A stretch of 64,000 nucleotides of DNA. It comes from Oligoflexales bacterium (GTDB lineage Bacteria; Bdellovibrionota_B; Oligoflexia; Oligoflexales; RGVZ01). The number at the start of each line of letters is the position of its first letter. Within the stretch, counting starts at the first letter, position 1. Positions 25,982 to 36,800 of this stretch are shown here, in pieces. A model generated the notes under the pieces. It was not told the origin of the DNA. It worked only from the letters and a program-made list of their open reading frames with translations, and searched no databases. The translations under genes and the position numbers were made by a program. The DNA is taken from the NCBI GenBank assembly GCA_044236265.1, contig JBIIGV010000233.1, forward strand, positions 5,889 through 69,888. Direction: 5' to 3'.

Positions 25982-27691
25982 ATGCGAAGCAAAGCACGAC
26001 AAATTTTATCGTCGTTTAGGCAGCGGCTGCTCTTTTTGTGCATTTGCATATTCAGCACGATATTCATTAGCGCAAACGGTGATCCAATCGATGCGCAAAC
26101 TACTGACAACTCCGTCGCCTCTCGCATTTACTACGTCACAATACCCATTGATCGTAGCGTCGGTCCATATCTCAGACAGCTTAAATTACTGATTCCAGAC
26201 GTTCCTGCGCCTTATAACGATTCGAAGTTGTACGATGGTGACACGTGGGATCAACTCGTTGATAAATTATTAACGAAGAAAGATTCTAACGTGCGAGATC
26301 GTCGTACTCCGACGCAAGTGGTTGTTCCACTTCCAGCAGGATGTTTTGATTCTTCGATGAGTATGGAGAAGCGTGAACAGTGTTTGCAAAATCCTGCTGC
26401 ATTTGCAAAAGGCTATTTGACCCTTCGCCTCTATGACGTCAAGGACGGCGATTCACTTCCTGACGTTTTGTCTCGTCACGGCGTTTACCCGACTCGGGAA
26501 GGTTCCTCTTACTATAATCAGCAGCGATGGAGTGACGTTGTACAAAACTTCAACCCGCGCATTAATCAGTGGAATAATCTCAATGCAGGTTCAGTCTTTA
26601 TTCTTCCGCTCTTAAATGAGAGCGAATCCCGGGCAAGAGATGCTGCCAAGACTGTGGCTTCTGCTCCTGTCGTTGAATCTGAGCCAGCAATCTCGAATGC
26701 TTCTGATGTTAAGGACGCAGGCGAGCAGTTGCCTGTTGACGGGCAAGCGGTACCGCTTGATGTTGTTTCCCCGGTCACTGAGGTCGCGCCAACAGCGGCC
26801 ACACCGCCTGCACCAATTCCGCAGCCAGTTGTACCAGTTCCTGTGAAGCCGGCTCAACCGGTAGTCGCTGAAACGCCGGCTCCGCCGCGGCAGCCATCTC
26901 CTGCACCGAAGCCAGTGCAGATTGTTGCCGAGCCTCAAGCGCCAGAGGAAGAGGTTGTCTATGTAGACGAGCTTCCTCCTCCTAAAAAGATTGTATACGC
27001 ACGCGAACCACAGTCCGATCTATCGTTTAGTGTAGCCAGGAATGTTCTCTCTTCTGTTCGCATTCCAATGATGGCCCGTCAGAATCATTTGAATTTGAGC
27101 TATACTCGCTCGGATCCAGGTAATTCTGATTGGTGGATCAATGTCTATCAGTCTCCGATTGTCAAAGGTAAATCAGATTCGCCTTATTTGATCGAGACCG
27201 ACGACTCTAGTGAACGTTTTAAATTCAGTAATCTTGAGTTGGGCACGAAGTTCTACATGTCAGCTCCAGTTCCAACCTGGAGTATCTACGCCGGGTTGTA
27301 CGCAAGATGGATGGCCCTCGATCTACGCTATTGGATTAGTAACAACAGTGATGAAACAGCCTATCTCGTAAATCGCAAAGCCTTTAGAAATGTTGGGGCT
27401 GGTGTAACTGCTGGGGTAGATCATTCACGAGGCAATGTCCGCTATCGTTTCAATGTTGCCAAAGACCTTTACGAATTTGTCGATCAGGCGGTGCATATTG
27501 ATCGAACGAATGCGCGCTTTTCTGCATCGTTCCGATTCCCGAAAGTTAAGGAACGTGGAAAGACGCAGCGACATGTGGATCTCTTCACAGAGTCTGAGAC
27601 GCTAAATGTGAATGTAATCAGTGATTCGGCAATGCTTCAGGTGACAATGAAGCGCTTGTCGGTGGGTGTTGGTGCTGGTTTGGTGTGGTGA
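25982..27691 (+). CDS. Secreted three-part protein: LysM-like segment, Pro-rich spacer, C-terminal beta-barrel-like domain
   Basis: Signal LLFLCICIFSTIFISANG. A weak LysM-like segment is LYDVKDGDSLPDVL...NLNAGSVFILP. The Pro-rich region at about 26771-26990 reads APTAATPPAPIPQPVVPVPVKPAQPVVAETPAPPRQPSPAPKP. The last roughly 230 aa have alternating strands and end ...VGAGLVW with a terminal aromatic residue. Confidence 0.55.
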   Translation: MRSKARQILSSFRQRLLFLCICIFSTIFISANGDPIDAQTTDNSVASRIYYVTIPIDRSVGPYLRQLKLLIPDVPAPYNDSKLYDGDTWDQLVDKLLTKKDSNVRDRRTPTQVVVPLPAGCFDSSMSMEKREQCLQNPAAFAKGYLTLRLYDVKDGDSLPDVLSRHGVYPTREGSSYYNQQRWSDVVQNFNPRINQWNNLNAGSVFILPLLNESESRARDAAKTVASAPVVESEPAISNASDVKDAGEQLPVDGQAVPLDVVSPVTEVAPTAATPPAPIPQPVVPVPVKPAQPVVAETPAPPRQPSPAPKPVQIVAEPQAPEEEVVYVDELPPPKKIVYAREPQSDLSFSVARNVLSSVRIPMMARQNHLNLSYTRSDPGNSDWWINVYQSPIVKGKSDSPYLIETDDSSERFKFSNLELGTKFYMSAPVPTWSIYAGLYARWMALDLRYWISNNSDETAYLVNRKAFRNVGAGVTAGVDHSRGNVRYRFNVAKDLYEFVDQAVHIDRTNARFSASFRFPKVKERGKTQRHVDLFTESETLNVNVISDSAMLQVTMKRLSVGVGAGLVW

Positions 27692-27748
27692 TTTGGGCTG
27701 GGGGCGGACCAACTGTGATTAAGGGCGCAAGTTGGTGAAATTCATAAC

Positions 27749-27775
27749 TATAATAGGAAATGCTTAAGCATTCCT
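27749..27775 (+). promoter_or_regulatory. Consensus -10 box followed directly by a 21-bp near-perfect palindrome, upstream of the giant gene
   Basis: TATAAT at 27749-27754. The palindrome is AGGAAATGC-TTAA-GCATTCCT at 27755-27775. No good -35 element is present (TTGGTG lies only 11 nt upstream). Confidence 0.3.
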
Positions 27776-27830
27776 GTAGTTTGCCGAATCCCTCCTAGTA
27801 CGGGCGTGAGAACTAATTCGGGTAGTGCTA

Positions 27831-30800
27831 ATGTTTCTCAAACGACTGAAATTTATGGCGCAGTTCAAAGCTGGTCAAGCTTTGCTATCTATTGTCATAT
27901 TCAGTTTCCTACTCTCCTGTGAATCCAACTTTTCGGGTAAAGTCCTTAACTCCAATAGAAAAAATAATCCATTTGCTACGGCAAATCTGTTGGAGGGTCA
28001 GGTTGCGTTTAAAACAACAAAGTTGTCGACAAAAGCACGCGGAACTCGCCTTTCTGGAGAAGCCTGTACCGATCAAGCAACGGTCTACTTGACACACTTT
28101 GCCACATATCAAGACAGCTTAGTTATTGAGGTTCGCAAACGCATTCTATCGGTTAAGGCCGATAGCGATGGGCGCTTTAAATTTACGAACTTGAAAGAAC
28201 AGGGCGTAAATCTTCAGTCAAAAAATGATATTTATAAGGTGGAAGCAGAGCGTTGCAGCGACTACTACTCAAGGGTCGTGACAGGAGCGCAGGAGCAAAA
28301 CCTAAGTGCAGCTGGTACCGCATTTGACTTCACACTCGACAAAACTGTTATCAAAGCAAGTCTTGGATCAGACGACTTTTACGCCAAACTGGAGGATTTG
28401 GATAAACTGTACAGTCTTGCTGACACTCGCAACTCGGTCGAAGGTGTATTGGAAACACTTCGCACGAGTCGTGAAACACAAAAATCATATAGCAATATTT
28501 TTGGTGCTGAAGATGTCACTCTTCAGAATATCGAACCCCGAATTGTAATTGAGTCCGTACCCCTTAAAATTCCCGCAACTATTCTGACCCGTTTTGAAGT
28601 TTTAGCTGTTTACTATTCCGCCGAATTCAATGTCGATTATCGGTGGAAGTTAGACGGCGAAGTTGTCAGCACTGACCCTGGGTTTAGTTGGCGCCCGACG
28701 TCGACCCAGCTCGGTCTGCACACTATCGAGTTGAGTGTTGGGGTGCGAAGCCAGTTTAACCTGGACGCATACCTTAACTCTAAGATCATGAATTACTCGA
28801 TCAATGTTGTTGAAGCAACCTCCGATCCACGAACGCCCGTCGTGTCGAGTTTTGCTTTGGCTAACGCCGCGGCTGGTGGATTTATCAATAATGCTCATGC
28901 TTCGGACGCAGAAGCTGTCGCAAGTTTGGTTGCCACCAATTATGATCAAGCCTCATATGCAATTGTCGCCCCGAACGTCACTTGCAATGAGTCTACGTCA
29001 TTCCCGCTTGCTTCGATCCCGACTTTTGGAAGCTTTACAGTAGATGGAAGTTACAAAGTCTGTGCAAAGGTTTCGCGAAGTGATGGGGGCACTGTTTACG
29101 TAGCAACTCAAACGTTGCAACGGGATGTTGTGATACCATCCGTGAGCTTTGTCGATGTGTTGCCCAAGGCTGGATCGACGAACCCGAAGCCGACAATCAA
29201 AGGAACGGCATCCGAGGCATCTTTAGTCTCTCTGTACTACGATGCAAGTTGTTCTTCTGCGAAGTCTTCAGCAACGGCAAACACAGTTTTTGCGTCACCA
29301 GGAATGACCGTTGCATCTGATGTTAATTTAAACAATACGACGACAATCTATGCGCAGGCGGTTGATCCGGCTGGAAACCCATCGCCGTGCTCTTTGATGT
29401 TGACGTACACCCACGACGACGTAACGCCCATTGTTAAAAATATCAAAGCTAATGTGGCCGATAATGGCTACAAGGCTGGCGATGTTATCCCGATTGAAGT
29501 GGAATTCTCTGAGCCAGTAAAAGTAACTGGCGTGCCGACTTTGACTCTTGAAACAGGATCGTCTGATGTTGTGGTTAATTACACATCTGGATCTGACACC
29601 AAGTTTCTGATTTTCAACTTTACGGTCGGATCAAACCAGACAGCTGCGGACCTCGACTACATTTCAGCGACGGCTCTGTCTGCTTCCGGTGGTAGTATTC
29701 AGGATCAAGTTCAAACTGATGCAGTCCTAACATTGCCAGCCCCTGGGGCAGCTGGCAGTTTGTCGGCAAATAGTAACATTCTGATTGATACGACCATACC
29801 AGTAGTCACATATGCGTCGATCTCTCCTTCGTCCCCAGGTACAAGTCTGACACCAGCCGTATCGATGTCTCTAAGTGAAAACGCGACCGTGACCTTATAC
29901 GGTAACAGTAGCTGTTCGGATGCAATTTCATCGGCTACGGCCCTGTCGGGAACCGGTTTACAAGTTATTACGACGAATACGCTCGCAGCTAACGCTGCGA
30001 CAACGATCTTTGCCCGCGCCGTTGATGGTGTGACAAATCAGTCTGTTTGTCACAGTATGATTGTCTATACGCATGACAATATTGCGCCAACCGTCGCGTC
30101 TTTTGCGAGATCATCTGGCCAAAATTCATTCACTAATTCCGTACCAATAAATTTTGGCGTTCAATTTTCTGAAGTGATCGACCCATCAACATTCACGGCA
30201 AGTGATATTTCTAACACGGGTACTGCGACCGATATCGTTTGGACTGTTACGGACTCTGGTGATCACCGCAACTTTGTTGTAGCTGCGACGCAATCTGGAA
30301 ACGGTACATTAAAGCCATCTTTTGCAGCGACTGCGGTGAGTGATCCGGCAGGGAATGCAATTCAGTCCATTTCGACGTCATCTAATGACGTGGCATATTC
30401 TATCGCCCTATTCACTGTAACGTTGAATCAAACAGCTGGGCAGGTTGATCCTGCAAACTCGTTGCCGATATCGTTCACAGCCGTGTTCTCTGATGAGGTG
30501 GGTACAGGTCAGTTTGTCGCTCAAGATATTGTTCAGCAGGGCACTGCTTCAGGAATCACCTGGAATTTGGCAACTACGGATAATATCACATGGACGATCA
30601 CAGCGACTGCGATAACGGGTCAGGGAACCGTCGTTCCTCATATTCCTCAAGATGCAGTTTTAGACCGCTACGGAAACAAAAATGGTGCGTCAACTCACAC
30701 AGATAACTCCGTGGTTTATGACATTACGGCTCCGACGATCACATTTACAAATCTTACTCCAGCAAACCCTTCTTCGGAGCTGCGTCCAACGCTCAAAGGT

Positions 30801-33800
30801 ACGGTGTCTGAAGCGTCGATTGTAACCTTGTACTTTGATAGTAGCTGTTCGGCAGCCAAATCCGATGCTGTTGCGAACACAGTGCTGCCTATGCCTGGTC
30901 TTGCACCAAATATTGATGTAGCTGCCGATACAATGACGCCGATTTATGCGCGCGCCATCGATCCCGCAGGCAATATTTCGGTTTGTACGTTAATGGTCAA
31001 TTACAACCACGACGGCACGCCTCCGTTCGTGGTGTCAGTTGGCTCGACTAAAGCTGATGGCTTCTATAAAGCTGGCACGGTCATCCCGATCGCCGTCAAT
31101 TTCTCTGAAAATGTATTTGTGGTTGGTACTCCGCAAATAACGCTCGAAACTGGCTCTACAGATCGAGTTGTAAATTATTCAAGTGGATCAGGCACTCCGA
31201 CATTAGTCTTCAACTACACGGTTCAGGCTGGTGATACGGCAGCCGACCTTGATTATCTGGATACCTCAGCCTTCGCACTAAATGGCAGCACCATTAAAGA
31301 CTGGGTTGATAACGATGCTGTCATGACTCTTCCATCCACCGGCAGCGCGACCAGTATCGCTGGCCAAAAATCAATCGTCATCGATACAGCCGTACCCGCT
31401 GTCTCGTTCGTGTCAATCTCACCTGTATCTCCAGGAATGAGTCGAACTCCCTCGGTGACCGTCAATGTGTCAGAAAATGCGAGTGGGATCGCCTTATTCA
31501 GTAACCCAACGTGTGGATCTGCAATCTCGGCGAGCATAGCGGGATCATCCGGCAACAATACTGTGGTGACGAATACGCTGACCGCTGATGCTCTGACTCC
31601 AATTTACGCTCAAGTGACAGACCTCGCCGGTAACGTTTCCTCCTGTGCGAATATGACCGGCTACCAGCATGACGGTACGCCTGCCGTTGTCACGTCCGTG
31701 TCTTCATCTTTGGCGAACGGAACATATGGTGTCGGCCAAGTGATTCCAATCGAAGTCAGCTTCTCGGAAGTCGTTTATGTCAACGGGACACCGTTTTTGA
31801 CGCTCGAAACTGGCGCTACGGATGCCGTCGCCAACTACGCATCTGGTTCCGGTACCAACAAGCTGACTTTTAACTACACTGTCGTGGCCGGCGAAAACAC
31901 TCTTGATTTGGAACTGACGTCACTGAGTGCGATAAATCTTAATTCCGGCACAATCAAGGATCTCGCTGGCAATGACTCAACCGTGACGGTAACGCCACTG
32001 GCTGGCGGTAGTAGCTTATCTGGACAAAAGGCTATCGTCGTGGATACGACAGGGCCGACGCTAACATATGCCTCAGTCTCTCCGGTGCCTCCGGCTACTT
32101 CAAGAACACCCGCGGTGACCATGAGTCTTTCTGAGCCTGCTGCCGTGACTCTGTACAGTGACAGCGATTGTTCTGCCGCGATATCGTCGTCAGTGAGTTT
32201 TGCTGCTGGCGTAGGTCGAACAATCACGACCAACACACTGACAGCTAATGCGACGACGCCGATTTTTGCAAAAGGTATAGATGCTGTAAACAACGCATCA
32301 GCTTGTACAAGTATGATTGTGTACACGCACGATGATACGCCGCCAGTTGTGATGTCCTTTGCTCGTGCATCGAGTCAGATTGCCCAGACGAACTCTGTTC
32401 CAATTAATTTCACGCTGACATTCTCTGAGCCTATTAATCCCTCGAGTTTGACGGCGGGAGATATCTCCAATATTGGAAACGCGACAGGAGTTACATGGTC
32501 GATCTCTAATTCAGGCGACAATGCAACTTTCACGGTATCTGCAATCGCAGCAAGTAACGGAACCCTCCAGCCAAGATTGGCTGCGGCGAGCATTGCTGAT
32601 CATGCCGGCAATACAAACGTAGCCGGTGCGGACTCGCCAAACAATGTCGGTTATTTTGTAGCGGTGTTGACGGTGACGATGAATCAGGCTGCTGGACAAG
32701 GGGATCCAGTCAACGGTTTACCAATTAGTTACAACGTTGTATTCTCTGGAGCAGTAGGTGCGAATAGTTTTACGACTGGTGATATCGTTCAGAACGGCAC
32801 AGCTGGGGGAATTACTTGGACACTGTCGACCACTGACAATATTAGTTGGCTCCTACGGGCTACTGCGATAGCGACTCCGGGTACAGTCATCCCGTCGATT
32901 GCAGCAAGCTCTGTCATCGATGAATTCCAGAACCAGAATGCGGCTTCAACATCGACCGACAATACAGTCGTCTACGATATTACGCCGCCGACGTTAAGCT
33001 TTTCATCTTTGACGCCATCCAATCCTTCGCAGTCAATGACGCCGACGATTATCGGTACAGCGTCTGAGCCGTCGACGGTGACGCTATACTACGACTCCGG
33101 ATGTTCTGTCGCTAAGTCAGCCACGGTTCCGAACACCTCGTTTGCAAGTCCTGGTATCACGCCGACAGGTAATGTGGCTGCTGATACTGCCACCGTGATT
33201 TACGGTATGGCTACCGATACGGCAGGGAACATTTCTGCTTGTACGAGTCTTGTCTCTTATGTTCACGATGGTACCGGGCCAAGCGTGACGAGTGTCACGT
33301 CTACATTAGCTGACGGTCCTTATAAGGCAGGTCAAGTTGTCCCTGTCTTCGTGAACTTCAATGAAAATGTAAACCTCGCTGGTACTCTGCAATTGGCACT
33401 AGAGACTGGTGCGATTGATGCAGTTCTAAACTATGTGTCTGGAAGTGGTACGAGCTCCCTAAGATTTAACTACACAGTGGTTGCTGGAGATACCTCGCTA
33501 GATCTTGACTATGTCAGTTCAGCTTCTCTGGCTCTTTTAACAGGTACCCTTCGCGACGCTGTCGGAAACGATGCAGTCCTCACGTTACCTGCTCCTGGAG
33601 CGTCTGGAAGTATGGGTGCAAATAAAGCGCTCATCATCGACACGACGGCGCCAACGATGACTTTCTCAAATACGTTGCCGGTTTCGCCTGGTAACACTCA
33701 AACCCCACAGGTGACGTTCACTATTTCAGAGAACGTACCTACCGTAAGGCTGTTTACAGATAATGCTTGTTCGGTGGGTGCCGCTCCTGCAAGTACTGGA

Positions 33801-36800
33801 TTAATGGGCAGTAACACGGTCACGACGAGTGCGTTGCCAGCTAATACTGGTACTAGCCTATACGTGCGCTCCACAGATGCCGCAGGAAACGTGTCGAGTT
33901 GTACGCTTCTGACTACTTACACCCATGACGGCATCCCAGCGACCGTGACAAACGTATCTTCCTCATCAACGAACGGTACTTACGGGGTTGGTAATACCGT
34001 TGCGATTGTGGTGACGTTCTCTGAAATCGTAAATGTGACTGGCGCTCCTCAGTTGACCTTGGAAACAGGCGCAATCGACGGTGTCGCGAATTACGTCTCC
34101 GGCAGTGGAACAACGGCGCTAACATTTAATTATGTGGTTTCAGCTGGCGAGTCGTCCCTTGATCTGGATTATGGAAGCACGACGGCTTTGGGTTTGAATG
34201 GTGGAACCATTCGCGATCGGGCCGTGAATAACGCCGATCTGACCCTGCCTGCTGTGGGTGGTGCCAGTGCAATTGCAGCACAAAAAGGTATCATCATCGA
34301 TACGACGGCACCGACTATTACATATTCGAGCATTTCTCCTGTGCCACCATCAGCTAGCATGTCCGCTTTCGTGACCCTGCAGGTCTCAGAGGCGTCAACA
34401 GTAACTCTCTATAGTAATCCTGGGTGTTCTGCCGCTATCTCGAGCGCTAAGGCTATGATCTCTGGCGGCGATCAAATGATCTCAACTGTCAATCTTCCTA
34501 CAAACACATCGACGACCATCTATGCGCGTGCCGTAGATCCTGTTAATAACGTCTCTGAGTGCACGAACATGGTTGTCTATACGCACGATAACATTGCGCC
34601 TCAAGTAGATTCCTTTACACGGGCAGCGACTCAGGCATCATACACGAACTCCCTGCCAATGAACTTCACACTGACGTTCTCTGAGCCGATTATTCCTGAG
34701 ACACTAACTGGCAGCGATTTTGTGAATATGGGAACAGCAACCGCAGTAACCTGGGGTGTAGCTGATTCTGGTGATCACCGAACATTTACAGTTTCTGCAA
34801 CGGCTTCTGGCAATGGGACTCTGAGACCTCGTTTGGCCAGTGGCGCTATCACTGACCTTGCAGGTATTGGTAACCCGCTCAACGCAACGTCTGACAATAG
34901 TGTGAATTATTCGATTGCTGCGTTTACTGTCACCGTGAATCAGGCTCCTGGCCAGGGCGATCCGGTGAACTCGCTGCCTATTAATTTTAGAGTCGTATTC
35001 TCCGGAGCCGTTGGTTCAAATAGCTTTACCGCGTCCGATGTTGTTCAAAACGGATCGGCAGAGGGTGTGACCTGGAATCTTTCTACAACCGATAACATCA
35101 CATGGACCGTTTCGGCGACCGCTGTGAATATTCAGGGCACCGTGATTCCATTTATCTCTCCAAATACAGTTTTGGATGAATTTGGGAATAATAACGCGGC
35201 ATCAACAAGTACTGATAGCAGTGTCGTTTACGATATCGCTGCACCAGTCCTAACGTTTGCGTCGGTGACGCCGTCAAATCCTGCTGCAACGCGTACGCCG
35301 ACAGTTTTGGGGACCTCGTCTGAACCGTCAACTGTCACCCTCTACTACGATTCCGATTGTAGTACCGCCAAATCTTCGGCTGCATCTAACACAGTCTTCG
35401 CGAGTCCAGGTATCGCTCTTACCTCGAATGTTGACGCTGACGTAACGACAACAATTTATGGTCGTGCTGTTGACGTGGCAGGAAACGTTTCTATCTGTAC
35501 GAGTCTTGTCGGCTACCAGCATGATGGAACAAGTCCGACGGTAACGAACGTGACATCCACACTCGCCAACGGACCCTATAAAGCTGGCCAGCTTATTCCT
35601 ATTCAGGTCACCTTCTCGGAGCCTGTCTTTGTTACGGGCGCTATGCAGCTGACTCTGGAGACAGGATTGTCCGATGCGGTGGTGGCGTATACCGTGGGGA
35701 GTGGAACAAGTACTTTGACCTTCAACTACACCGTTGCTGCTGGTAATACGGCTGCCGATTTGGATTATGTGGGAACCTCAGCGTTGGCACTGATTTCGGG
35801 AACCATCAAAGATAGCGTCGGTAATGATGCTAATCTCGCCCTGCCAAGTCCTGGGTCGTCTGGAAGCTTGGGTGCCAATAAGAGTCTTTGGATTGACACC
35901 ACAGCGCCGGTCTTGGCATTCACCTCGATCAATCCTGTGTCTCCTGGTATCAGCCAAAATCCACAGGTCACATTCACAGTGTCTGAGTTGGTGCCGACTC
36001 TAAGGCTTTATACGGACGCGATCTGTAGTGCCGCCATTTCAGGTTGGAACACGGGTAGTGCCGGCGCGAACACGATCGCGACAAGTACATTGGCCGGCAA
36101 TGTTGCAACCAGCATCTTTGCTCAGGGAACTGACCCAGCAGGTAACACATCAAATTGTACGAGCCTGACGACTTATCTTAACGACGGCTTGGCGCCAACG
36201 GTGACAGGCGTCACGTCAACTGCGGCGGATGGAACTTACGGCGGCGGCCAAGTTGTACCAATCAAGGTTGATCTTAGCGAAGTTGTTTTTGTGACGGGAA
36301 CTCCCCAGTTGACTCTTGAAACCGGTGCCTCCGACGCGGTGGTCAACTATTCATCGGGTAGCGGAACCACGTCTTTGATCTTCAACTACACAATCGTTCC
36401 TGGTCACGACTCCGTTGACTTGAACTATGCGTCGATGTCTGCGCTTGTTGCGAATGGTGGTAGCATTAAGGACCTTGCCGGTAATGATGCTAACCTTGCA
36501 TTAGCGGCCCTTGATGCTGCGTCGAGTTTGGCGAGTCAGAAGGCTATCGTGATCGACACGACGGTCCCGGTGATGTCTTATGTTTCAATCTCTCCGGTTC
36601 CGCCGGCGCAAAGCCAGACACCAACTGTAACGTTTAGCTTGTCTGAGCCTTCAACCGTAACGCTGTACCGTGAGTCGGGATGTTCGACGGCGATTTCCAG
36701 TGCGATTCCACTAGCTGCCGGACCTGCTCAATCAATCACGACGAACACGTTGACATCAAACGCAGCGACAACGATTTTTGCCAAGGCCATTGATACGGTT

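Noticed and set aside
30717-32972. High density of N-x-S/T sequons (about 24 in 752 residues) as a hint of N-glycosylation.
   Set aside because: Asn, Ser and Thr are all very abundant in these modules, so the excess over chance is at most about two-fold. No glycosyltransferase or PglB-like gene is in the window. The evidence is insufficient.
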